From: an uncultured Spirochaetota bacterium
GTDB lineage: Bacteria > Spirochaetota > Brevinematia > Brevinematales > JAOACQ01
NCBI GenBank assembly: GCA_963835575.1
Contig: CAWIGG010000002.1
Span: 576,001 to 640,000, forward strand
Reading direction: 5' to 3'
DNA: 64,000 nt
Position numbers and translations under genes: made by a program. Positions 20,476 through 35,146 of the stretch are shown here, one piece after another (the stretch's first letter is position 1; each line of letters begins with the position of its first letter). The notes beneath the pieces were generated by a model that saw only the letters and a list, made by a program, of their open reading frames with translations, had not been told where the DNA came from and did not search any database.

Positions 20476-22875
20476 TTAAGACTTTAAACTCACCCGGCTT
20501 TCATCTTTCAACAATAATTCCGCCGCTTTTTCCGGCGTGACAGGCCTGGAGAAAAAATAACCCTGGACCCAGTCGCAGGATAATTCTGTAGTTTCATCCC
20601 AGTGCATGAACTTCAATGAATCAAGCTGTTCCTTTGTTTCTATGCCTTCGGCCATGACCTGTATGCCCATGGTGTGCGCCATGGAGACTATTGCTTTGAC
20701 AATCGCCGCGTCATGGATATCATGCGCGATATTCTGTATAAATAATCTGTCAATTTTAATGGCCATAACATTTAAAAGCTTGAGCCAGGCCATGGAAGAG
20801 TATCCGGAGCCGAAATTATCGATAATGATGGAAATTCCTTTGTCTTTCAGATAACCGATTGTTTTAATTGTCAGTTCTATCTCGGACATAGCCGTACTTT
20901 CCGTAAATTCCAATTCCAGTAAGGACGGATCAATATCATATTCTGCCAGCGCGCCGTCTATTTTTTTTATTAACTCAGGGTCCTGGAATTGCTTTGCCGA
21001 TAAATTAACGGCGATGGGCATCTCTTCCAGGCCTTTTTCCCTCCATAATTTTTGCTGACCGCATACTTTTTTTAATACCCATTCTCCCATCGGAATGATG
21101 AGGCCGGACCGTTCGGCTATCGGCAGGAACTCTATCGGATTGATGATCCCATGCTCGGGATGATCCCACCTGAGCAGAGCTTCCATGGCCCTGATCTTTT
21201 TTAATTTCACATCATAAATAGGCTGATAATAAAGCAAAAACTCATTGCTCATTATTGCCACCCTGAGCTCCTGCTCAAATTTCTGGCTCTTGCGGGCTGA
21301 AGAGTCTATTTCAGGCGAATAGAGCCGGTAATTATTTCTTCCTGATTCCTTGACTTTGTAAAGGGCGAGATCGGCGTATTTGTAAAGTTCTTCGATATTG
21401 TCCGCATGATGGGGATAAATGCTGATGCCGATGCTCAGCGTGATAATAAATGGGTTCTTTTTAATGATGATGGGGGCTGCAAAGGACGAGCGGATCCTTT
21501 CAATCACTACATCGCAATCGCTTTTATTTTTCACATCGGTCAAAACGATGACAAACTCATCGCCGCCGAGGCGCGTGACTGTATCGCAGTTCCGGATGTT
21601 CTCGCTGAGTTTTTTCGCGATTTCCTTAAGCAGTATGTCTCCGGTATCATGCCCGTAAGTATCATTGATATCCTTGAACCGATCGATATCAATGAGCAGG
21701 ATTTCGACAAGCTGTTTATATCTTTTTGCCCTGGATAAGGCGCTTCGGAGGCGGTCGTTCAATACAAGCCGGTTCGGCAGGTTGGTCAGCACATCATGCG
21801 TGGCCATATACTGGAGCTGCTTTTCAGTCTCTTTCCTTTCCGAGATATTCCGGAGAAGGGCCACATAGCCGGTATTCTGGCCGTATTTATCAATAACAAT
21901 AGAAGCTGAAATCGATAAATAGATGTTCCTGCCTCCGGGTAGTGAATAATTGATTTCCATATCCCTTATCATCTGTTCCGATTCCAGGCGTTTTAATAAA
22001 TTCTGGCTGGAGAAAGCCCCGGGAAGCAGCTGTTTTACCGGTTTATTGAGGATCGATTTTTCATCTTTTTCCAGCAGATCGAAGAGCGCTGGATTGGCGC
22101 TGACAATGCTTCCCTCAGGATTTATTATAAGAAGCCCGTCGGCCATGGTATTCAAAATGCTTGACGCGGCGGATTCCGGCGATATCAGCATCAAACCGTA
22201 CTTGATAATGGCTATGGAAAGCCCAATTTCCCAGATCATGATTGGGGCTATGTCGAGATAGGAATAATTTTCGAAATTAAAAAAGGGAGGAAGATAAATT
22301 GTCAGTGAAAAGATCAAAAAGCTGATCAGAATGGCAAATATGATGAATCTGCCCTGTTTTTTGTGGGCCCGAATAGGTGATTTCCTTGTCCAAATATACA
22401 GTAATATGATACTGGCAAGCATATAAACCAGCATATAGATATTATTATATGCAGACCAGAAATTATTTGTGACCCGGCTGTAGACCCAGCCTGAATTTGT
22501 ATGAATAAACTGATTGATCAGCCGCATATCAATGACTGTATAATAAGTGAGCGGGAGGACCGGAAGATAAATCAGGATATACAGCCATTTATGTTTACTG
22601 AAGATTTTGTTTCCGGTAAGTTCCAGAATAAAATGAAGGAAAAAAGAGCCGAGCAGGGCCCAGCCTGAAGCCATGAACCTGAACCAGGAACGGCAGGAGT
22701 TTTCATCCGGCGCGGAAAGAAAAAAGATATAACCGAAATACCAGACGGCTATTGTCAGCGAAAATAAAGCGAATATAATGCTTGTGATTTTTTTAGGGTT
22801 CTTTGATAAGATATGAATAGGCAGCGCGAGGGCAAGAATAAAAAAGACTGTGACAATAAAATCTATGGCCTGCAT
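20476..22875 (-). CDS. 7TM-PAS-GGDEF-EAL signalling protein
   Basis: About 7 N-terminal TMs, PAS, RLGGDEF, EALLRW, AEGIET; DDFG loop reads DNFG. Confidence 0.92.
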   Translation of the reverse strand: MQAIDFIVTVFFILALALPIHILSKNPKKITSIIFALFSLTIAVWYFGYIFFLSAPDENSCRSWFRFMASGWALLGSFFLHFILELTGNKIFSKHKWLYILIYLPVLPLTYYTVIDMRLINQFIHTNSGWVYSRVTNNFWSAYNNIYMLVYMLASIILLYIWTRKSPIRAHKKQGRFIIFAILISFLIFSLTIYLPPFFNFENYSYLDIAPIMIWEIGLSIAIIKYGLMLISPESAASSILNTMADGLLIINPEGSIVSANPALFDLLEKDEKSILNKPVKQLLPGAFSSQNLLKRLESEQMIRDMEINYSLPGGRNIYLSISASIVIDKYGQNTGYVALLRNISERKETEKQLQYMATHDVLTNLPNRLVLNDRLRSALSRAKRYKQLVEILLIDIDRFKDINDTYGHDTGDILLKEIAKKLSENIRNCDTVTRLGGDEFVIVLTDVKNKSDCDVVIERIRSSFAAPIIIKKNPFIITLSIGISIYPHHADNIEELYKYADLALYKVKESGRNNYRLYSPEIDSSARKSQKFEQELRVAIMSNEFLLYYQPIYDVKLKKIRAMEALLRWDHPEHGIINPIEFLPIAERSGLIIPMGEWVLKKVCGQQKLWREKGLEEMPIAVNLSAKQFQDPELIKKIDGALAEYDIDPSLLELEFTESTAMSEIELTIKTIGYLKDKGISIIIDNFGSGYSSMAWLKLLNVMAIKIDRLFIQNIAHDIHDAAIVKAIVSMAHTMGIQVMAEGIETKEQLDSLKFMHWDETTELSCDWVQGYFFSRPVTPEKAAELLLKDESRVSLKS

Positions 22876-22981
22876 TTTCCTCTCTCCTTTTATTGATTAA
22901 AAAAAGAGAAATCATTATTATGATGATTATAATAAAGAGTCTGTTAAAGTCAATACAAAAATTTCATTTCTGGATAGTTTT

Positions 22982-23464
22982 ATGCAGAATAAAACCACTG
23001 TAAAAGATTCAGCGGCTGAAGCCTATAAAACTGCCCTGCGTTTTATTAAATTCCGCCCGCGGAGCTCGCTTGAGGTGCGGAATAAGCTCAGAAGCAAAGA
23101 CTTCATCAGCTCTGTAATTGATGAAACAATACGGCAGCTTTTGAATGAAGGCCTGCTGGACGATGAGACTTTCGCCAGGGCATGGGCCCTGGAGCGTCTG
23201 GTTAACAAAGGACTGGGCAGGATCAAGATCAAAAATGAGCTCAGGCAGAAAGGGATCAGCGGTGAAATCATTGAGGATGTTCTGGATAAGATCGCTGAGG
23301 AGGAAGAACCGGCCGAAACCGCGGCCCGGTTTCTTAAAAACAAATACAGGGACAGAGTGGATTTGATTGAGGAAAAGGATTTAATTTCAGTCCTTCTCAG
23401 GAACGGCTATTCCTATTCCGAAGCCAGGGAAGCGATAAGGCTTATTAAGGAAGAGGAGGATTGA
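22982..23464 (+). CDS. recX: Regulatory protein RecX
   Basis: ALRFIKFRPRSSLEVRNKL, LLDDETFARAW, GRIKIKNELRQKGI, LLRNGYS. Confidence 0.9.
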   Translation: MQNKTTVKDSAAEAYKTALRFIKFRPRSSLEVRNKLRSKDFISSVIDETIRQLLNEGLLDDETFARAWALERLVNKGLGRIKIKNELRQKGISGEIIEDVLDKIAEEEEPAETAARFLKNKYRDRVDLIEEKDLISVLLRNGYSYSEAREAIRLIKEEED

Positions 23465-23510
23465 TTCAAATATCAATCCTGTTTTTACGCGAATAATCCG
23501 GGGTTAAATG

Positions 23511-23974
23511 TCTCGCAAAGGCGCAAAGCCCGCAAAGCCGACTTTTTTTAAATGTTTGTTTTTCGGACAAGTAATAATATAGTCTACTCCCCTCTATTGC
23601 CCTCTGTGAACTTCGTCGTTATAGTTTAGAACTTTATGATATTTAGAGTATGTTTTCAATCATAAAGAATTGAGGAAAAATAATACACCCAAAATTAAAT
23701 CATTCTTTGCGATCTCTGCATCTTTGCGTGAGCATTAAATCCCCATTATACCATTTTCTTCTTTTCCTATGTATCTCAATACTGAAGTAATCACTTTTAC
23801 TAACAAACTATCTTGATGAATAACTAAATCCTGAAAAATCCGCCTTCATCCGTGAAAATCACTGTTTGCAATCGGATATTATAAAAATAATTCTTTTATA
23901 GCATCCTTAATCGTAAAACCTCAATATAAAACACTTTTCTCCGTCCTTTGCGATCTTTGCGCCTTTGTGTGAGA
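23511..23974. repeat. Cluster of 8-10-nt-periodic inverted-repeat motifs
   Basis: tctcgcaaaggcgcaaagcccgcaaag (23511-23537); inverted partners at 23705-23732 and 23946-23974; related motif at 23827-23860. Confidence 0.7.
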
Positions 23975-23978
23975 AATT

Positions 23979-24494
23979 TTAAATAAACCTTTCGAAGCGG
24001 TCTTTTTTTGCCTTGCAGACGGGGCAGATCTCGGGCGGAGTTTCCCTCGCGCAGAGGTATCCGCAGACCTTGCATCTCCAGACAGGATAGGGCAGTTTGC
24101 CGGCCCCGGCAAGTTTGGGGGCGTTTTTTTGTTTTATCCGCTCTTCTTTCGGAGGCCTTCTTTCAGGAATGGAATGGGCTTTCTTCTTGCCATCAATAAC
24201 ATCATTTGAAACATATAGAGCGCAGTAGCAGGCGTCATAGCCGGTCAGGTCGGGATCGCGGTAATCGCAGGGGCAGATAATGTCAAGGTCTTCTTCTTTA
24301 TTTCCGGAAGAAAGCCGGCAGGGGCAGGCCTGGTAGCCGTAGCGGTTTTCGTTGATCAGGAGGCTTTCGACGAGCGCCTTTGTGAATTCGATGTCGGGAT
24401 TCAGATGGTATCCGCCGCTCTCGGCTTCGTCATTGAGCTTTTTATACAATGCGTCAATCCCGCTTTTTTCAATATTGATATTATTTCCTGGCAT
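23979..24494 (-). CDS. Ferredoxin:thioredoxin/disulfide reductase catalytic subunit fused to a C-terminal rubredoxin-like domain
   Basis: CPC...CPC...CYC motifs; WRCKVCG...CPVC. Confidence 0.9.
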   Translation of the reverse strand: MPGNNINIEKSGIDALYKKLNDEAESGGYHLNPDIEFTKALVESLLINENRYGYQACPCRLSSGNKEEDLDIICPCDYRDPDLTGYDACYCALYVSNDVIDGKKKAHSIPERRPPKEERIKQKNAPKLAGAGKLPYPVWRCKVCGYLCARETPPEICPVCKAKKDRFERFI

Positions 24495-24778
24495 TATTTC
24501 AGGACCTCTTTGATCCTTTCTTCATCAAAGCCGACGATGCACTCCTCATTATTGATCACAAGGGTAGGATAGGAACAGCTCGGGTTCCATGCTTTGAGTT
24601 CACTGAGAAATTTCTCCTTGACTTCATTATCAAGCTGGTCCATATCGATGTAGGAATAATCAACGCCGAGGTCCTGGAGAAGTTTTTTTGTTTTTTTGCA
24701 CCAGACGCATGTACTGAGCGCATACATGATCACTTTTCCCTTGTTCTTGCCAGTCATATGCTGAAATTCTTTCATCAT
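24494..24778 (-). CDS. Glutaredoxin-like protein (CVWC)
   Basis: [22 protein letters not shown]. Confidence 0.9.
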   Translation of the reverse strand: MMKEFQHMTGKNKGKVIMYALSTCVWCKKTKKLLQDLGVDYSYIDMDQLDNEVKEKFLSELKAWNPSCSYPTLVINNEECIVGFDEERIKEVLK

Positions 24779-24904
24779 TGTCTCCCCGGCTTTTATGCCT
24801 GAATATGTAAATTATACTACCCTTAGAATAATATGAGATGGTTCACTTATATGTAATAAGATTAATAAATAATTTTAATATTGACAAGTAAATATGATAA
24901 TTAT

Positions 24905-25726
24905 TTATAGTTTAACCGTTAAGCCGGCTTGTACAGCCAGATAAGGGACCGCGTATTGATAATTCGGGTCTATCAGGAAAGTGCCGAGCATAAGTACGGC
25001 ATAGCCGCTGAAGTCTTTACCGAATTGCGCTGTATAGATTCCTGCCGCTGAAAGCCTTTCTTTAATCTGCGCGGAAGACGGCACTGTTAAAAACATGTTA
25101 TTTAATCCTGTCATAAAAGCGTCCGTGAACTGGTAGAAAACATAAGTGTTGTTGACAAGGCAAAAATCCTTGTTTTTCTGTATGCAGTCGTCATACTGCT
25201 CATAAAAGTAGGAAGGGGTATTCATGTCCCAATAGTTTACTGTAAAAGTATTGACCGCGATCCATGGCCCGATTTGGATCTGAATGGTCGGTTCAATCAC
25301 GGCCCAGCTTCCGGACGCGTCGCTCTGGCTTAATTTAGCCAGCGCGGAAGGGCTGTGATTGTCGGAATAGCTCTGCAATGTGTTAAAACCGAACCCCAAT
25401 GCTTTATAAATGCCGATTATTCCATACCGTGCCGAGATATTAAATACGGCAATGGGTTCTATTGTTATAAAGCCGGACAGTGCGTCAAAAGCCGGAGAAA
25501 CCATGTTGACTATTCCGGCGTCGATATGGGTCGATTCCCAGAGAATTCCCTCTTCCTTTATAAGCGGAAACCGGTAATATATCTTTGTCGCGGCCATCAA
25601 CCCCAGAGGGTTGTATGATCCGGCGATATCCTGATAAAAATAAAAACCGGGGTCCGTTTTTTCACCGAAAAATAGTGTAGTACTTAAGAAAAATAATGCA
25701 AAACAAATAAATCCAGTTTTTTTCAT
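24905..25726 (-). CDS. Hypothetical exported protein, possible outer-membrane barrel
   Basis: MKKTGF signal peptide with GGAGG RBS; aromatic-rich alternating strands. Confidence 0.6.
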   Translation of the reverse strand: MKKTGFICFALFFLSTTLFFGEKTDPGFYFYQDIAGSYNPLGLMAATKIYYRFPLIKEEGILWESTHIDAGIVNMVSPAFDALSGFITIEPIAVFNISARYGIIGIYKALGFGFNTLQSYSDNHSPSALAKLSQSDASGSWAVIEPTIQIQIGPWIAVNTFTVNYWDMNTPSYFYEQYDDCIQKNKDFCLVNNTYVFYQFTDAFMTGLNNMFLTVPSSAQIKERLSAAGIYTAQFGKDFSGYAVLMLGTFLIDPNYQYAVPYLAVQAGLTVKL

Positions 25727-25776
25727 ATTTTTCCTCCGGTTCTGTTTTGTGGAATGTCGCAGTCCCACACCATTTT

Positions 25777-25796
25777 GTAGAGACGCACGGCCGTGC
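25777..25796 (+). repeat. Truncated GTAG-type REP-like palindrome
   Basis: GTAGAGAC GCACGG CCGTGC; distal arm missing. Confidence 0.4.
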
Positions 25797-25953
25797 TACC
25801 GCCCATAATTATTATTGGTTAATTTTTTCAGAAACTCAAGTTTAATTTCAAACAATTTAAATATTGACTGCGTCAGACTTGTTTAATTTGAAATAATTAT
25901 TATGAATGTTTAGAATATTATTATTATAATCAGAACATTATAAAGGAGGCGAT

Positions 25954-26658
25954 ATGGCGCATAGATATTACTCCAGGGGGATTGTGTGGGGAATAATCCT
26001 GATCGTGATAGGCGTCTTGATCATAGCCGATAATTTTTTTCATGTCAGTATTCCGATATCCACGGTCATCATCAGTCTCATACTGATAGCTTTAGGGATT
26101 CAGATCATGTTCGGGGGCTTTAGAGGCCGGTATTTCTCTCATGGCTACGGTTATCAGACAATCAAATACGAAGCCGGGAGCGGGGACAGGCATTATGATC
26201 TGAATTTCAAGGGGATGACCCTCGACCTGAGTGAAATGTCTTTAAAAGGCGGGACTGTTAAAATAGACATAACCGGATCTTTTGGCGGCGGAGCGGTTCT
26301 GCTGAACCCTGAACTGCCTGTCCGAATAGAGGCGGGAGCTTCATTCGGCGGCGTCACATTCCCGGACGGGAATGTGATCGGCTTCGGCCAGGGCAGCTAC
26401 CAGAACCAGGCTTTCAATCAGGATATGCCCCATTTATTGATAAAGGTGGATATATCGTTCGGAGGTCTCCGTTTTGTGACTTCAAAAGACGATATTCATG
26501 ACTGGCACCGGATGAGGCATGAATGGAGGGAAGAGCGGAGGAAATGGAAACGCCGGTACAGGGAAGGGATTGAGGGTATTTCCGAATTAAATGGGCGGCC
26601 CCTAAAAGTTCCTGACTTGCTGAATTTCCAGGATGGAATTGAGTTGTTCGTTCGTTAA
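25954..26658 (+). CDS. LiaF-like membrane protein
   Basis: WGIILIVIG N-terminal TMs and repeated SFGG beta-solenoid motifs; GGAGG RBS. Confidence 0.7.
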   Translation: MAHRYYSRGIVWGIILIVIGVLIIADNFFHVSIPISTVIISLILIALGIQIMFGGFRGRYFSHGYGYQTIKYEAGSGDRHYDLNFKGMTLDLSEMSLKGGTVKIDITGSFGGGAVLLNPELPVRIEAGASFGGVTFPDGNVIGFGQGSYQNQAFNQDMPHLLIKVDISFGGLRFVTSKDDIHDWHRMRHEWREERRKWKRRYREGIEGISELNGRPLKVPDLLNFQDGIELFVR

Positions 26659-26913
26659 CTGTTCGAACTTGACACTGATGATATTCCCGTCCACCCGTAC
26701 TACTTTTCCTGTCAAGGTTTGAACGCCAAGTTTTATTTTCATTATATCATCCCGAACAAAAAAGCTTTTCACCCTCATCTTGATCCCTTCGGATGATATG
26801 TCCCTGATCTCGCAGGGGCTTTCGATTTTATTAAATATATAAGAAGCGGTTATGAGGACCGGACTCCTTTCATTTCTTCTTTTTTCTTCAAAAAAATCCA
26901 TTGTTTCAGACAT
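26602..26913 (-). CDS. PilZ domain protein
   Basis: EKRRNER (RxxxR) and DISSEG (DxSxxG). Confidence 0.88.
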   Translation of the reverse strand: MSETMDFFEEKRRNERSPVLITASYIFNKIESPCEIRDISSEGIKMRVKSFFVRDDIMKIKLGVQTLTGKVVRVDGNIISVKFEQLTNEQLNSILEIQQVRNF

Positions 26914-27248
26914 TTTATATTACCGCCTGATTTAAAATCTAAATAATATCAATTATTGTAAAGCAGATATCAGATTTCATCCAGAATCTTCATTGATCGT
27001 TTTTAGAAGGTTAAACATACCGAAAAATAAAAAAGACGGAAGCTGCAGCTGCCGATAAACGCTTTAGAATATCTTTACAGTTATTTTCTAAAAGATCCGG
27101 TAGAGGACCAGGTATTCAATAAGCAATGAAACACCTGAAACCAGTTCCCAATGATATGTCTGAATTGACCGCGCCTCTTTTGGATGTGATGTTGATGATC
27201 ATTCAGCTTTTGAAAAGCGTAGATATGAAAAATGCGGCAATTTTTAAA

Positions 27249-29093
27249 TTACTCCACCGTCACGCTTTTGGCAAGGTTGCGGGGCTTGTCGACGTCCAGG
27301 CCTTTTTCGACGGCGATGTAATAGGCCATCAGCTGGAGGGGGATGACATTGATAAGAGGCGAGTATTCCTCTATCGTCTGCGGGACTATGATGATATCGT
27401 CGACATACTCCAGAATTGAGCTTGTTTCCTCATTTGTGACGGCGATGATCCTGCCGTTTCGCGCTTTCACTTCGCGGATATTGGAAACGATTTTTTCATA
27501 GAGAGGGTCTTTCGGCGCGATGAATACGACCGGCATATTTTCATCAATGAGGGCTATGGGACCATGCTTCATTTCAGCGGCCGGATAACCTTCGGCATGG
27601 ATATACGAAATTTCTTTGAGTTTTAAAGCGCCCTCCAGGGCGACCGGGTAATTAAATCCTCTTCCCAGATAAAGGAAATTTCTTTCGCCCGAGTATTTTT
27701 TGGCTATCTTTTTTATTTTATCAGACTGGTCTAATATGCTCTGGATTTTTTCAGGAATCAGGAGCAGTTCATTCAGTAAATTTTCTCCTTCATAAAGCGG
27801 CATGTTTTTAAGACGGGAAAGGTAAATCGACAGAAGGATGAGGGAAACGACCTGGTTTGTAAAAGCTTTTGTGGATGCCACGCCTATTTCCGGTCCGGCA
27901 TGGATGTATATGCCTCCGTCGCTTTCGCGCGCCAGCGTACTGCCGATAACATTCGTAATGCCGATGATCTGGGCGCCTTTCCGTTTCGCTTCGCGCAGGG
28001 CTTCAAGTGTATCGGTAGTTTCACCGGATTGACTGATAACAATAACAACATTACCTTCCTGAATGATAGGATTCCTATAGCGGAATTCCGAGGCATAATC
28101 TATCTCAACCGGTATTTCTGAGAACCTTTCAAGCAGATATTTCCCTATGATACCTGAATGCCAGCTTGTCCCGCATGCCGTAATGATGATCTTATTGATC
28201 TGCCGGGCCCTGGTTTCATCAATATTAAGCCCTCCGAACTTTACCGTGCCTTCGGATAAAACCACCCTTCCCCGCAGTGCCGTATGAATTGCCTCCGGCT
28301 GTTCAAATATTTCCTTGAGCATGAATGTTTCATATCCGTTTTTTGATATTGCGTCAACGTCCCAGTCAATGACGGATACTGTTTTTTCAATCCTTTCATA
28401 ATTAAGGTCGTAGGTTTTAAATTTTTCCGCTTTGATAACGACTACTTCCTGGTCTTCAACATAGACGACATTTTTCGTATAGGGCATAATTGCGTTGACA
28501 TCCGACGCGATGAACATCTCTCCTTCGCCGATTCCCACAACTAAAGGACTGCCGTTCCGCGCTCCTACGATTTTATAAGGCTCATCTGTGGAGACAACAA
28601 CAATCCCGTATGTTCCTTCCACTAATTTAAGCGCCTCGACAACGGCTGACTGGAGGTTTCTATGATCTTCTTTATAGACTTCTTCGATAAGATGGACAAG
28701 GACTTCGGTGTCAGTTTCAGAAAGGAAAGTATGCCCTTTTTTTATGAGCAGTTCCTTGAGGACTTTGTGGTTTTCTATGATTCCATTATGCGCGAGGGCG
28801 ATTTTACCGGTGCAGTCTGCATGAGGGTGAGAATTGACCTGAGTCACTCCTCCATGCGTTGCCCAGCGTGTGTGCCCGATCCCTACCTTGCTTTCCACAT
28901 TATGCAGGTTTTTATAGACTTGATTTCTCAGATTGCCGATCCGGCCGACATCTTTCTGGATTTTTAATTGATTATCACTATCAATAATCGCTATTCCGGC
29001 TGAGTCATATCCTCTGTATTCAAGTCTCTGGAGGGAATCCAGCAGGACTTCCTTTACGTCTTTATTTCCTATATAACCTACAATTCCGCACAT
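27249..29093 (-). CDS. glmS: Glutamine--fructose-6-phosphate aminotransferase
   Basis: MCGIVG, GHTRWATHG, SQSGET, PRNLAKSVTVE. Confidence 0.98.
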   Translation of the reverse strand: MCGIVGYIGNKDVKEVLLDSLQRLEYRGYDSAGIAIIDSDNQLKIQKDVGRIGNLRNQVYKNLHNVESKVGIGHTRWATHGGVTQVNSHPHADCTGKIALAHNGIIENHKVLKELLIKKGHTFLSETDTEVLVHLIEEVYKEDHRNLQSAVVEALKLVEGTYGIVVVSTDEPYKIVGARNGSPLVVGIGEGEMFIASDVNAIMPYTKNVVYVEDQEVVVIKAEKFKTYDLNYERIEKTVSVIDWDVDAISKNGYETFMLKEIFEQPEAIHTALRGRVVLSEGTVKFGGLNIDETRARQINKIIITACGTSWHSGIIGKYLLERFSEIPVEIDYASEFRYRNPIIQEGNVVIVISQSGETTDTLEALREAKRKGAQIIGITNVIGSTLARESDGGIYIHAGPEIGVASTKAFTNQVVSLILLSIYLSRLKNMPLYEGENLLNELLLIPEKIQSILDQSDKIKKIAKKYSGERNFLYLGRGFNYPVALEGALKLKEISYIHAEGYPAAEMKHGPIALIDENMPVVFIAPKDPLYEKIVSNIREVKARNGRIIAVTNEETSSILEYVDDIIIVPQTIEEYSPLINVIPLQLMAYYIAVEKGLDVDKPRNLAKSVTVE

Positions 29094-29229
29094 TTATTCC
29101 TCTTTAATACATTAATTTAACATTAATATTAATTATTTTAAAGCTTATCAGGAAGCTTATTTGCATTCTTCGCTATCTAACAGCGGAGGGAATTACTTTA
29201 ATATATGTATCGGCTTTTTTCTGCCGGTT

Positions 29230-29258
29230 ATTTTAAGAAAAACCGGTAGAATTGTCAA
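29230..29258 (-). promoter_or_regulatory. sigma70 promoter upstream of glmS
   Basis: Minus strand TTGACA-17 nt-TAAAAT. Confidence 0.6.
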
Positions 29259-29293
29259 AATAGAGGTGCAGGCATACGGCTGGATATATGCTT

Positions 29294-33399
<4,106 letters not shown>

Positions 33400-33551
33400 T
33401 CTATTACTCCAATAAAAAAATACAAACAGGACATAATTATAATATATATTTTATAAAAAGTCAGATTAGGATATCCTATTTTTCATCGGAATAAGATAAT
33501 GAAATATAGACTTTTTGTATAAAGATCATTAAAATTCTCGGATAAAATATA

Positions 33552-34865
33552 ATGGAGAGTATTATTCATATGAATAATGAATCACCGCGCATTTATAATC
33601 TGTTTCCCCGTTTGATCGGCTCTATGGATGATTGGTCAGGGCATTTAAATAGAATTAAAGATATGGGCTTTAACTGGATTTATTTAAATCCGTTTCATTA
33701 TTCCGGTTTTTCAGGAAGCCTGTATTCCATTAAAGACTATTATAATTTCAATCCGCTGTTCATTAATCCGGATTCAAAATTATCCCCGGTTGAACAGCTT
33801 GGAAAATTTATTCAAACCTGCCGTAAAAAAGATATCAAAGTTATGATGGACCTGGTTATCAATCATACTGCAAAAGACCATCCCTTTACAAAAGAGCATC
33901 CGGAATGGTATCAAAAGAATAAAAATGGTGAAATCTTGAGCCCCGGCGCCTGGGACAACGGCCGCTGGGTAGAGTGGGGAGATCTGGCGGAAGTGGACAA
34001 CAATAACGCTCTGGAAAGGGTAAAACTCTGGAATTATTGGAGAGATTTGATCTCATATTATATTGAACTCGGCTTTGACGGCTTCAGGGCTGACGCTGCT
34101 TACAGCGTGCCTTCCGCTTTATGGGATTTCCTGATTCATGATGCGAAAGGAAAGAAAAATGATCTCTTCTTTTTTGCTGAAAGCCTGGGCTGTCCCGTGG
34201 AAAAAACCGTGGAATTGGCGGAGACCGGCTTTGATTATATTTTTAACAGCTCGAAATGGTGGAATTATCAGGATGACTGGCTTCTTGAACAATACGCTAA
34301 GACAAGAGAGAAAGCGCCGTCAATTTCTTTTCCGGAATCGCATGACACTCCGCGCCTGGCTTTCGAATCCGGCAATAATATTGATCTCATTAAGCAGCGG
34401 ACTGTTTTTACGGCTTTTTTCTCATCTGGCTGGATGATACCTGCCGGTTTTGAATACGGTTTTAAAAATAAAATGGATGTTGTTCATACATCTCCTTCGG
34501 ATTGGGAAGAAATAAATATTGATCTGACCGGATTTATTAAACAGATTAATCAGTTCAGAATGAAGTATAAAATATTCAGCGGGGAAAGTGAAATAAAAAA
34601 AATAGACCCCGGAAATAATATGGACATCCTGGCGTTACTGAAGTTTTCCGGAAACGGGAAAGAAAAGGCTTTGATAATTCTGAATAGGGATTTAAACAGG
34701 TCTTATAATATTTCAGCGGCTGAAATCGGCGGATTTCCGGAAGTGAATAATATAAAGGAATACTGCCTGTTTCCTGAAGAGAAACCAAGCCCGGCTTCTT
34801 TTAAAGATTTAAATATAGAATTAAAACCTTATGATATAAAAGTATTTTATCTGGCGTATAAATAA
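33552..34865 (+). CDS. GH13 alpha-amylase-family glycosidase
   Basis: DLVINHT, GFDGFRADAA, FAESL, ESHDT catalytic motifs. Confidence 0.9.
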   Translation: MESIIHMNNESPRIYNLFPRLIGSMDDWSGHLNRIKDMGFNWIYLNPFHYSGFSGSLYSIKDYYNFNPLFINPDSKLSPVEQLGKFIQTCRKKDIKVMMDLVINHTAKDHPFTKEHPEWYQKNKNGEILSPGAWDNGRWVEWGDLAEVDNNNALERVKLWNYWRDLISYYIELGFDGFRADAAYSVPSALWDFLIHDAKGKKNDLFFFAESLGCPVEKTVELAETGFDYIFNSSKWWNYQDDWLLEQYAKTREKAPSISFPESHDTPRLAFESGNNIDLIKQRTVFTAFFSSGWMIPAGFEYGFKNKMDVVHTSPSDWEEINIDLTGFIKQINQFRMKYKIFSGESEIKKIDPGNNMDILALLKFSGNGKEKALIILNRDLNRSYNISAAEIGGFPEVNNIKEYCLFPEEKPSPASFKDLNIELKPYDIKVFYLAYK

Positions 34866-34893
34866 AAAATACCCGCTTACTGGCGGGTATTTT
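34866..34893. terminator. Bidirectional intrinsic terminator
   Basis: aaaatacccgc-ttactg-gcgggtatttt between convergent genes. Confidence 0.85.
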
Positions 34894-34917
34894 CGTTTAT
34901 TACAAACCAGGGATTTA

Positions 34918-35124
34918 TTACAGGTCTTTCTGGTCAATATATCCTTCCAGCATTGCCTTGCTGATGTTTTCAGCCAATTTCTCTATGGCGAAAGAAATAT
35001 AATTAGGGTCTTTAATCTTTTTTCTCAGCTGTTCCATTCTTGTCTGGGAGAGCGAGCTGGAATTGGTCTTGACAATAATCCGGTGAAAATTCCGTTTTTT
35101 TTCAATAAGGACTTCTTCTATCAC
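34918..35124 (-). CDS. Small hypothetical protein
   Basis: 68-aa ORF with GGGAGA RBS, last gene of the YraN block. Confidence 0.6.
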   Translation of the reverse strand: MIEEVLIEKKRNFHRIIVKTNSSSLSQTRMEQLRKKIKDPNYISFAIEKLAENISKAMLEGYIDQKDL

Positions 35125-35146
35125 TTTTTTCTCCCGGCGAAAATAT

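Noticed and set aside
22982..23464. recX without an adjacent recA as a novelty
   Set aside because: Unlinked recX is common in bacteria
27090..27185. Lysine riboswitch (AGAGGCGC on the minus strand)
   Set aside because: Downstream conserved elements are missing, it is too short, and no lysine gene follows
29094..29293. glmS ribozyme upstream of glmS
   Set aside because: No AGCGCC or GACGAGG core on the minus strand; only a plain promoter
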